A DNA stretch of 64,000 nucleotides, taken from contig JAYWIR010000006.1 of assembly GCA_036172245.1 (NCBI GenBank), positions 1 through 64,000 on the forward strand, given 5' to 3'. Both the position numbers and the translations under genes were made by a program. This document shows positions 50,786 through 61,900 of the stretch, piece by piece. The notes beneath the pieces are model-generated. The model ran no database searches and was not told where the DNA came from. It was given only the letters and a program-made list of their open reading frames with translations. Origin of the DNA: Raillietiella orientalis. Lineage: Eukaryota. The first letter of the stretch is position 1; each line of letters opens with the position of its first letter.

Positions 50786-52827
50786 TGGTGGCCACGCCAT
50801 GCGTGGAAGACGGACTTACGGTGCACTTCGTGGCCTATTTGCGCGCTTGCTGGCGCCACGCTCTGATTTTGATCTCTTTCAGCGGCTGCCACGTGTACGG
50901 CGTGCCGTTGCGGCGGGATATCAGGCAGGGCGACAGCTTAAGTCCGTTGCTCTTCAGCATCTTCTTTGAGTTGGTGCTGAGTGCGTACAGGCTGACGCTG
51001 GCCAACCTGCCGAGTTCTTGTCCAGGAACGCCGTCCGTGGCGACCTATGCTGACGACCTGCTTCTCCTTTTACCCACGACCACCCCGGCGTCCAGTCTTG
51101 AGGATTTCTTCGAGCTGATTCGCCGGGGAGCGGGCATGAGCGTAAACCGGAGCAAGAGCGTGGTAGTTCCAATTGGTGCGGTGTGGTAGGGGCAGTCCGA
51201 CTGGATCCGCCTGGGGATCCCGACCGCTCCGTCCTTCCAATACTTGGGCGTTCCGCTGGGGAACGCCAGCCCAGTGGAAGTATGGTCGGACTGCCTTCGG
51301 AAGGCTACGAGTGCTCTGAGCCCGTTCCACCACGGCAGGTTCCTCCTTTCGGAGCGGGACGCGGTATGAAACACCATCGTCGCCCCCCTCTTGCGCCCCC
51401 TGCTTTTTGTTTGTCCGCCCTCATGCTCGGCCAAGCTCCAGGCGCACAGCCTGTTGAGGAACGCTCTGTGGGGACCTGCGAGGTTCAGGATCCACCTCAA
51501 AGATTTGGCGGTTGCGCGTCGGGATGCCGGCTTAGGCATCCTGACGCTGGAGAGAATCGAGCTGCAGGTGCAGCTTCGAATGTTGGCCCTGTGCGCCAAC
51601 CTTTGGTCAACTCCGTGGTGCGCTCCCGCGCGCCTGCTCCTGCGGCGCTGCACCGGCAGCGATGGACTTCTGTCGCTCAGGCCGCATACGGAGCGCGCCA
51701 CGAGAAGCTTCGGTTTCCCGTTGAAACCGCTCTACCGGCTCCTGGCAGCCCAGGAATGGATCTCCTGCCGCCCAAAGAACTTTGAATCCTGGCGGCAGGA
51801 GCCGTTGCATGCCTGGGCAAAGCACGAGGATGTTACCCTTCTGGAACTCCGTCGCGCTCACCTCTCTCCGTACTGCATGGTGGATGAGGTCTGCAACAGC
51901 CAGGAGAAGCGGACTCGCCTGGCCGTCACGCCCCTCGCGGACGCGGTGTCAGCTCTCCGGGCAAGAGATGACAGCTGCCAACCGGCGAGATGGGAGGTCG
52001 CCTGCTCCATCGCAGGAGCAACCCGACCTATAGGCGGCTGGAGGACTTGCGAGCTGACAGACGCCGCCACACCTCGCCACATCCCGAAGGGACTCCTTCG
52101 GTGGAGTGAACACTTGAGTGTGACCCCCAAAGAATTTGTGGTCCCTCCCTCCTGTTTGAACACTTCTGTGTTCCCTTTAACTTGGAAACAGGACGTCATC
52201 ATGCTGGTGTATTGGAGTTTTCACTTCAACCGTGTTTCCGGGGGAGTTGTCTCCCCAAACTGTAAGCGGTGCGGGGAAGTGGAAACGCTCCCGCACCTGC
52301 TACTGCACTGCAGTGCCCTCCTAGAACTGTGGCGTAGGCTGGCCTCAGCTCTCCTGTATCAGGGGGACACCACAAGAGAGTAGATGCGCCGCTTCTTCAC
52401 GCCAGGCGGCCTGTCTTTAGGTGCTGTCGTCGCAACAGTCTGTTGCACCCGCGCCATCGACAAGGCCCACCGAGAGCTGGAGAAACTGGCGATGTGTCGT
52501 CAGCCCACTGGATTAGCCAGCGCGAACATATCGTCGGTTGCCGAGTGGGCCCATCTTCCAGAGGGCGTTAGGAGAGAGATCGCCGGCATCCATCGCCGGT
52601 TCTGAAAGGAAGAAACGGCCGCAACAAAGACCCCTGTCCCCTGCCCTACGTATCTTTATTTTTATTTTTTATACTAGTGTATTTGTGGTCCCCGTCCTCC
52701 CGTTCCGGACTTTCCGTATACCGACCTGCGTGTCGGTGATCCCACCCCCTTCGTCTCTTCTGTATCCTTTGTCCGGCGACTCTGTTCCCGGATAGTTTTG
52801 CAATAAACGCCCTGGCGCACCCGGGTG
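50786..52827 (+). mobile_element. Young 5'-truncated Tx1/L1-clade LINE (subfamily B): RT core to 3' end
   Basis: Single frame 50785-52605 with three premature stops and no frameshift; IRQGDSLSPLLF, TYADDL, FQYLGVPL, NCKRCGEVETLPHLLLHC; terminal caataaacgccctggcgcacccgggtg. Confidence 0.93.
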
Positions 52828-54790
52828 ATAAACTGACGACCCCCTGCGATCCTCTCGATCTCCTGGGCGTTCTCCGCGGTGATCACGTGGATCTCCTGCA
52901 GGAGCGCCAGGTCGAAGTCACGCAGGGGGTCGACCGTATCCCGCCTGTTGCTGTCGTCGCGCAGTCCGTTGACGTTCCAGCAGGCTACGCGGATCCTACG
53001 GCGACAGGCGAGCCCAGGTGTTAATCCTGGGAAAGTGGCAATAGTGCTCCCGCCACCTGGTCGGGCGGGACGCTAGGAGGAGGGGGTACGTCGCGCACCG
53101 CTTCTCCCTCCTCCATGGGGGTCGAATCGTCGTCAGGGCCGTGCAGAGGAAGGGGGGTTCACCCACCTGCACTTCCTCCTCCATGGGGGTCGCCAGCTGC
53201 ACGGTGTCGGGGAATGAGAGATTCCCACCCTCGCCTCCCACGCTGCCGGCTTCCCCCTCGGGTGCTGGTTCATCCCTCTCCTTGATCTGGATGCGTCTCC
53301 TTGGATTCTGGGACTTGCGTCCCGTCTTCTTTGGTGGCGCCTTTGCTGAGGAGGACACACTTCCAACGTCCGGATCAACCTCACCTCCATCCGGAGCTTT
53401 CCTCGCGGCCGGCCTTCGTAAGGCTTTTCGCGAGTTCTCACAGCCTTGCAGTTCAGCCGCGAGTTCTTCCACCGCCTACTGGAAGGCGGCCTCCTCGATC
53501 GCGTCGAGCGCGGCGCGCGGTTCCCCCTCTGTTTCCCCAAAGGGTTCGCCATCGACCGTCGCGGCTTCAGCGGACGCGAGGGGGGGGGATTGCTCCCCCG
53601 GTGGCGGCATCGAGTGCCTCCACACGCTCTAATTTTACCGAACAAGCGCGAAGTTTTTCGAGGCACGGTTTTTCGCGCTGCGTTTTTGTTTTCCCCGCGC
53701 TTCGTTCGGGACGCCCGGACTTTCTTCTGGGCTGTACTGTCTGCCAGCCTTCGCCGTCGCCAGCATCGTCGGGAGTGCTCTCAACCGACGTTTGCTGGGA
53801 TGGCTTAGGGACTGGCATCTGGCTCCTTACGGCCTGCTTCATGGTATTCGTCTCTCCTGCCCGTTTCCCCTTTGCCTTTTTGGCAGCGGGAGGGACCGGG
53901 ATTTCTCGTCTTGGGCACACCTTGCGGATGTGGCCCTTGTTTCCACATAAGTGGCATTGGATGTTAGGGCACCGTTTTTTTAAGTGCCCTGTAGCATCGC
54001 AATGGCCACAATACTTGGGCTTTCCCACGTACCAAACATCGACTTTTTCTTCGCCGATATTTAGTTTGTGGGGAAACCCATTATTCTCCGGTAGTGTGAC
54101 GCGGGCAGCGGCCATCCCACTGAATAGCCTTCCGTACGTTCGGAAGACATTGGGTTGGGCCCAATACGCGTGCACACTACTGTGTTTTGACAACTCCTCA
54201 TGGATGCTGGTTTTGTCCATTCGGAGTGATACGCCCGTGAGGTGGACCACGACGGAGCGGTTCTCCGTCACAGGGAAGATCCTGCGGCCGTCCACCGTAA
54301 TGGGGGTGTTTAGCAGGCGCTGCGCCAGACTTGCCTCTCTGCAAGTCAGCTCAACTCGCTGCCCCCCACTAAGAACGGAGAGGCCCTCGAGGTCTTCCTC
54401 CCTCACATTCAGTCTTTGCAGCTCCATTTCAAAGAAGCGTGCAATTTTCTCGTCGAACACACTGCCTACCTTGTAGATCAGCGACGGTTTGTAGCCGCTG
54501 TCCTTGTAGGCAGTCTGCTCTGCTACTGCAGCCGGGGATGGTGCAGCAGCGACGGCACTCCAACTCCTCGCCGCTGGCGAAGAGGGTCGCGAAGGGGCGG
54601 TTGCCCCCGATTCCGATGGGGCAAGTGCCCCGGATTCCGTGGGGGCGGACGCCCCCACTTTCATGGGTGGTGGAGAGCAAGTCGCCGCTCCTCCCCCAAA
54701 TTCCATCGCGCTGTCCTCAGGCATTTCTGCCATGGGACACCGGCGCTCCTACACACCAGACAAAACCACCGAAAACCTTCGCACTAACTA
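52828..54790 (-). mobile_element. LINE 5' end: short 5'UTR, Gag-like ORF1 with two zinc knuckles, and start of ORF2 APE
   Basis: ORF1 from ATG 54733 with CGHCDATGHLKKRC and CHLCGNKGHIRKVC (CX2CX4HX4C), frameshift in a G run near 53580-53588; then RIRVACWNVNGLRDD...DLALLQEIH at ~53000-52880. Confidence 0.92.
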
Positions 54791-54799
54791 GACCGCTGA

Positions 54800-55440
54800 G
54801 CAATGCCAAACCACCTCCGCTCCCTAGAAGGACACGGGGAAGTGTGGACCCAAACTGTGCCCGGTGTGGGGAGCGGGAGTCCCTCCCCAACCTTATAGTT
54901 GACTGCCCTGCCGTCCGGATTCTGTGGGAACGTCTGGGAACGACCCTTGAGATACCGGCTGGCGGCAACCCCAGACAAGTTTACAGTCTTCTCTTCGTGC
55001 GAGACGCCCTGAGGCCAGCCGCAGCCCCGGCAGCACTTTGCTGCATCCGCGGAATTGTGGCTGCCTGGAGTGAAGCCGAAGCTGAAGATTCCAACGCAAC
55101 GGACGTCATCCCGTATGCTGTTCGCTTCCTGCAGAGAGCAACCGGATGGCCCCAGTTGGTTAGATTGAAGGAGGACCTCGAGGGCATCCTGCAAAGGATG
55201 GACCCTCCTCCCAGTGGGCAGTGATCCCTTCCTCTCCCTCCAGAAATTCTTTTTTTATATTGTTTTATTTTTCTTTTTGTTTTTTCCCCCTTTCCCTTCT
55301 ACTAACGAGGAGAGTCACGCTGGTCTGCGTAACAGTGTCCCGTCAGGTCCGGCAGAATATTGGCCGTTAGTGGGGCCTTGTACCACGTCATGTATTGACC
55401 ATGGAAGAGTTTAAATAAACGTCTCGGCGTATCCGGGTGG
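54800..55440 (+). mobile_element. LINE 3' fragment (subfamily A)
   Basis: NCARCGERESLPNLIVDC...EDLEGILQRMDPPPSGQ* (stop 55222-55224); terminal aataaacgtctcggcgtatccgggtgg. Confidence 0.88.
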
Positions 55441-55850
55441 CATCGGCGTCGCACTTCGCCGCGACGACACTGCGCACAGCGCTGCGATTGCGGCTGCGGG
55501 CGTCATGGGGTCCCGCACGAAGAGGGGCCTCAAAGAGGCTCTGGGATTGTCCACAGGGTGCGGAATGGACGCAGAGAAACGTTCCCACAGTTCCCGGAAG
55601 GCGACACGCTGCACTATGAGGTGGGAGAAAGTCTCCTTCTCTCCACACCTGGAACAGTTCGGCGATGCCTCGTCCAGTGGTGCCGGTGCCATTACACAAG
55701 AGACCCCAGTGCAGTATGAACCGCGCCTATTGCTGCTACTTGTCGAGAAGCATTTTACTGGCCAAGAACACAGGGGGCACTTCCAACTCTTCGGGCCGAA
55801 TGGAGAAGAGTTCACCCCAAGGTTCCAGTCCTTTGGAGACGGGTCCTTTA
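55441..55850 (-). mobile_element. LINE ORF2 C-terminal fragment
   Basis: IRPEELEVPP, SPNCSRCGEKETFSHLIV, RELWERF, PLFVRD. Confidence 0.75.
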
Positions 55851-55879
55851 CCGACAGGTTTCCTGCAGACCAAGATCTC

Positions 55880-56312
55880 ACAGGAAACTTCCCATTTTGC
55901 CGTTAGGCAGGTGTCAGGCGCGGTGATCACAATGATAATTTGCATCCGCGCCATCATCATGGCCCACGACGTGGTGGAGACGCAAGCAGAACAAAGGGAG
56001 GTCACCTGGATTGCAGCTGCCAACATGAGGACGGCTGCTAGGTGGCCTCATTTAAAAAAAGAAGCAAGGAGGGAGATCGCCGGCATTTAGTGTCGTTTCT
56101 AAAAAGAAGGAACGGCCGATACCAAAGACTACCCCGCTCCCTCATCTTGTTTTGTATTTTGTATATGTTAATGGTCCTCTCTCTCCCGTTCCGAACTTTC
56201 AGAGTGCCCGCCCTGCGTGTCGAGGAGCCCTCTCCTTGAGCTTCTTTTGTCTTTGGGAACCGAGTTCCCAGATAGTTTGTTCATATTTCTTTTGTGAAGA
56301 AACGCCCCGGTT
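55880..56312 (+). mobile_element. LINE 3' fragment (subfamily B-like)
   Basis: GAVITMIICIRAI...WPHLKKEARREIAGI; UTR like 52606-52827, ending aaacgccccgg. Confidence 0.75.
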
Positions 56313-57169
56313 GGAGCTGATCTCGAATCGCTAACTAGTTCCTGTCACACTTGGAGAGGTTTTTGGATTCTCTGGAGCATGCATTTTTCTATTTTTGTGT
56401 GTTTTCCATTCCCACTTTGTTTCATATCCTCTTCTTTCTTGCCTTCTTTATTCTTTTGGTAATTCATTAATCATCTAGCTTGTCTAGTTTGATGAATTTT
56501 ATTGTATCCCTCTTTTCTCAATATTTCCAGATTGAATTTCATCGGCAAACAAATCTGGAATTCTCAATAAAATGACCATGACATTTCTGGAGACACAGCA
56601 GTAGGATGGTGTGAAAGTTTTCATGATTAATTATCACACAGTTCATTATTATCATGGATGGAATGTCATTGCTTTTTAATATGATAGAAATAAGAAAATT
56701 TTGAATTCATAAAAGAATAATTACTGCCAGAAATTTTCATTTCAAATCAACATATCATGTTTATTATTTTGCAGGTAAGGTCATCCATCAGCTTTTATCC
56801 ATAGATGTTCGGTATTTTTTTTTCCTTCAAAACGTAATTTTATTCGATTCAGGTAAACTGATGGAAATACTTCAAAATTGCGTTCGTTGTAGTCCATGAA
56901 GCAATTCAGCTGCCGATTGCAAGCTGTACTGTGGTGCCGCAGGGCAGACGAGGATCAGGAATTCTGGATCCTGGAATTGAAAAGGCATCTTCTGCTTGTC
57001 GTACATGTATGACTTCTTGAGCTGTTGGTGCGTTAATTCCGTACTTAAATCATAACTTTAAAGTAGTTGATGCATCATCCTTGTTGATATTGGCAGTGCG
57101 TGCGTTTTACAAACATCAATTCAAACGAATGCAATTTCAAACTGTGAAAAGTTGATCAGGAAAGTAAGA

Positions 57170-58942
57170 ATGTCCTCGTTAAAAAATGTTTCCAAGTCTG
57201 CTCGGCATACCTATAAAGAGAGACATCAGGTATGTAAGGAATCCAATTTCGGATGTGTATTGATTTTTACCTAGCCAGCAGAAAGAGCCAAATTTGGTCT
57301 TCTAGAGAAAAAAAAGGATTACAAACGGAGAGCAAGGTATGCAGTTTTTCTTACTAAGCCACTGCATTTGCTGATTCCAGGGAATATAATAAAAATCAAG
57401 CAATATTAAAAAAGCTAAAAAAGAAAGCCCAGAACAGGAATCCTGATGAATTTCATTTTCACATGATTAATTCGAAGACAAAGGTATGAAGATTTAGATT
57501 TTATAACCATATGCAACTGAACTTGAGTTTCTAATACCTTACTGTTTAGTATTTGTACTCGATGTTGCATTTCAACTTAGGTTTTTATTAAGTCCCTTGA
57601 TGAAATGGTATCTTGACTTTTCACGAAACTCTCCTCATTCTTTTCTCAAATTGTATTTTTAACTGAAATGAAACCTACCCAAAGGTAACTGATATTTCAG
57701 AAAGAATTTGCATAACATTAGCAAGTGAAGAGTTCAGTTATATCTGTATGCATGGCTATGAAAATTGTCACAATTGTTCTTTAACAACTTGGAAAAGGTT
57801 TTGCTTTTGCAGTGTTAAAATACTTTTTCTTAAAAAGGACTTATCTTGTTTTGTTGTATATGCTGCTTGATGTATATGTGAGTAAGAGAATGTTTTTTTA
57901 TTTTTACCAGAACCAGGATTTTTTTTTATTTTCCTTTCTTTACAGTTTTCTAGTAGACAAGCAGTGCAACAATGATAATTTCTTACTCTTGTGATTTACT
58001 CTAAGGGTGTGGTTTTTCCTCATTCCAGTTTGTTTGTTGTTACAAAATTCTTGTTCTCCATTTTTTGCATTCTACCTGCTTATTTGTTTTCCAAGGAAAA
58101 TGAAACTTTTGGTTCTCCATTTCATAAATTTGTTAGCAGGGACTGCATTTTTCATGGGGAGCATAGATTGTAAGACAAACTAATACTAGGATTTAGTGGC
58201 TTGGAACTACAAGTGTTTTTTTTTTGGCTGTGATTTCATTGTTATGTCAGTCATTATATCAGTTCTATATTTTTAGGATGGGTTGCATTATGAACTCAAG
58301 AAAAAAGAGCACACAGCAGAGCAGTTGAAATTGCTTCATGGACAAAACTTAGGGTATGTTAGAATGAAGCATACAATGGAGAATAAAAAGTTGGAAAAGC
58401 TCAAAGCAGAACTGCAATTACTTGGTGCTGAAAGCATCAAAAATAGGCACATTTTTTTTGTGGATACTCTGAGAGAAGGTGTGGTCACTGAATCTTGGAA
58501 GATTTAATAACATGTTTGCAGCAAAGCATTTTGATGTTGCTTCACATTTGGACACCCATCCATCTCTACTTCATAGGAGTTTCAATAGACCACATTTGTC
58601 TTCCTTATACTCCATGGACATCAAGGGATTGCAGAATGAAGACACTTTGAAAGTATGAATTGTTTAGCATTTCTATATGACATGTTTCTTCCAGAAAATT
58701 GATAAATTGAACAAATCAGCATGCAGCATGGTGGATACTAGATTGGAACGAAAGAAGCAGCTTTCCATAGTACAGAGGAAATTAGAAATAGCAAAATATT
58801 TACAGGTACTGAATCTGAAGAAAGTCACTTGCTTACTTCTACATATTCTTAGAACAAAAAAGAACCACCGGCTAAGAGAATAAAAAGAGGGAATAAAAAA
58901 CGTGCCCCTGTTTATCAATGGAAAGCAGAAAGAAAGAAATAA
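57170..58942 (+). CDS. UTP11: U3 snoRNA-associated protein 11 (252 aa, 7 exons)
   Basis: Exons 57170-57229, 57275-57336, 57381-57483, 58277-58478, 58522-58652, 58695-58805, 58853-58942, all GT-AG, sum 759 nt in frame: MSSLKN...KERHQP...GLLEKKKDYKRRA...RNPDEFHFHMINS...NRHIFFVD...HLDTHPSLL...APVYQWKAERKK*. Confidence 0.95.
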
Positions 58943-61900
58943 ATTGTTATTATTGTTAAGGTGTTGATTGGGATGGTTTGTTTTGAACTTTCAGAAAGTA
59001 TCTTGATCCTTCGCATTCATTGAGAAGTGTAATGTGATTTTTTGAAAATTGAATATTCGACACATTTGACTTTCTGAAAATGCAATTTTCAAGTGTCTTG
59101 ATGTTTCATATTTCAAGTTCAGAGTAGACTTGTAGAATAGTTGTATAGATAATGAATGTGTATTTTGATTTGTTTATGAGAATCGAATTTGTTTAAGATT
59201 AATGATTGAAAAATTAATCTTTCCCTCAAATGCAGTTGTAATGACAGAAACTGTCCTGAAAAACTTTGAAAGTTCCATTGATAATACTGACTCAGTCAGC
59301 ATAGGAATTTGAATTCACTTTTGTGTTTATCTAAATACAGGAAGAATCATTGAAGACATATAAGCAGATGTGTAACTAGGGCTTTCTGTGGTTAATACTT
59401 GTTTTTCATATCCCAGCTCCCACAGTTTTCTCTAACGTTCAATCATTGAAAGCTCTGCTGCGGTTTAGTTTATGTAAATAAATACTTCACAGGCTGGTGA
59501 AAGTACCCTAAATACCACCAAAAACTACCCAAACATCCACCAAAAATGTTTCAACCAAAATTTTTAGTTGAAAAGCTCTCTAATGTATTCAAAAGTAAAA
59601 ACTGCTGGTATGTTCGTAAGCTGTTCTAGGCAGGTATATTTGTAACATCGTAGTTTTAACATTGTGCAGCTTATAGCACAAGTTAACCAAAATATACGTA
59701 CGCAAAAAATAACTGTTACAGTACAAATGTAGCAGTTTAATCTCATAAATTATGACTGTGCTTTCATTTTTAGAATTTATCGTGGAAGTTTCATCCGAAA
59801 AGTCCCATTTCTTTTTGCTAAATAAACAGCGATTCTCACGTTAATCGCTTTAAGGCAGCAGTACTTCAATGTAGCAAAAACTGTTTCTCCTTGAATGCCT
59901 TTGAAGATCTGATAAAGGAAATCACAAGTTGATGGAATGTTTTTTTTTTTTTTGTGTTTGTTTGTTTTTCTGTTTCTGCGATCAGAATTATCGGAAACTG
60001 TGAAACTGGAAACTCGCTGGGTGTCTCTGCATTTGCTGAACAAAAGTTCAGGTGATGGCAGTTGTCGCGTGACGTTGAATTCGCTTAGAAGCCATGACCT
60101 CAAGAATTTGCGGAAGCTATAAGATCATGAACGTTTTGTTATAATTCAACTTTGAAACAACATAATTATTAAATACGCACCTTTGCAACTCGGTAGTTGC
60201 ATAGCATCAGCCAACTCTGGAAACTGAGGCTCACCTCACGCAGCCATTGGACTTCAACGGCCACCAACTGTTTTCCTCTTTGCTCTAGGGAAATCCTCAC
60301 GAACGCAACGCGGACAACATCGGTTGCTTCCCAGCAAGTGGAAGATTCTGTTCCCTCCACCACAGCCAGCACCTGTGCAAGAGTTAAGGGATGGCGCTAC
60401 CCGACGGCTCGACATCGCTCACGAGGCTCACCAGCCCCGTGGGCTTCCCGTCGCCACCTGCTTGCGCACACCTATTTCCGCTTGTCACCGTTGCCCACTC
60501 ACCCGATCCCTCTTCGCCACTTTCTAAGAACCCGCCCACTTCCACCTGCCCCAGCTCGCCTGTGCCCTCCCCTGCCACGAACAGCGGGTCGAGCGCCCAC
60601 TGTGATTCGCTGCTACTGTGACCCCAGCCTGCGAACCTGACCGTAGAAGTGCTGAAAGCCCGGCGTACCGTGACGAAGACGGGTTCCCGGTTTTCTTCCT
60701 CTCGTGCTGGTACCACCCAGTCCCGATGCCGACACACGTTTAGGAAAGGACAGGGCACCTTGCACTGCTCCAGCTCGTTGATGCTGCTGCTTCTGCTGCT
60801 GCCCGGCCAGTGCTCGAAGTGGTACGTCCACTCCTCGTGCTCCGGGCAGTACTCTGGCGGGTCATCATAGCCATACGGGCTTTCCATCCGATCCACGTCG
60901 TAGGTGCCACGCTCCCTGCACCAGCACGACGACAACAGGTCTCCCATCCAAGGTGTTTGGGCACGCAGCTTCGACCTAGCTGCAACGGAAGCGCTTCTTC
61001 CAATTACGTGGACCCCAAAGAACTCGGCACAGATCAAGTACAGAGGAAAACGGTCGCGTGACCGCAAGCAGAAAGGCTGGTTTTCCTCGACTGAAGAAGA
61101 TTCCGATGCGCGTTCGAAATGAAGAGAACGTTCCAACAATCGTCGATCGCCGCCATTGGCGGTCGCTGACCCCGAAGCGTCGCGCGTGCGCCCTTTGCTC
61201 GTCCGTGCTGGACCACGGTCCAGCCGAGAAACCGCAAGCAGAGTCCAGTGGTCATGCACAACGCAGCGAAGGAACAGTCACCTGTTCCAAACGCAGCAGC
61301 CACGAACTTTCACCTTCTTAGGAAGCCCAGTTCCGATGTTGGGAAGTCTCCACATACAAAGCAAGGCAAGGTGGGCGCTTTTCAAGTGCTCCTTCTGCTT
61401 GTTGACCAGCAATGCAGTGGCATGAAAAAGAAAAGATATCAGCTGTGCTTGAAATTCCTTCCAGGGGGATGCTCAAATGTGTGGAAGCAAATATGCAAGA
61501 ATGGGAGAAAATATCGAATATAAATGAAAATTTATCATGGGATGAAAACAGTTGTTCACCCGTTTGAACGCACATCATGTTTTTGGATTCCTTTTTCAGC
61601 TCACGAGCTTCATGAAGTCATAATGTACATGCGATTGAATTATGTCATTCAGTCATAATACTTTTCCAACCAAGATTGCTAGCCAGACAATCAGTAGACT
61701 ATCGATCTTAATGTGTGGCAAGTATTATACAAGTTATACAGAGGATGCCGTGATGTGCCTGTGAGTAAGGAAAAGCGTACCATCGGCTAGTACGAATTTC
61801 ACACTGGAAGAAAGCACTTACATGGAGTTGCGTCCGAGACGCGCGCCTCGAGAGCCTTCCGCAATCTGCAATGATGGGCCACTGTTGAGCAGCAGACTCA

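Noticed and set aside
53301..54476. 391-aa plus-strand ORF
   Set aside because: Antisense shadow of the zinc-knuckle ORF1 in GC-rich DNA
50786..54790. Twin-priming 5' inversion of one LINE
   Set aside because: The inverted 5' segment lies downstream of the 3' end; twin priming would place it upstream
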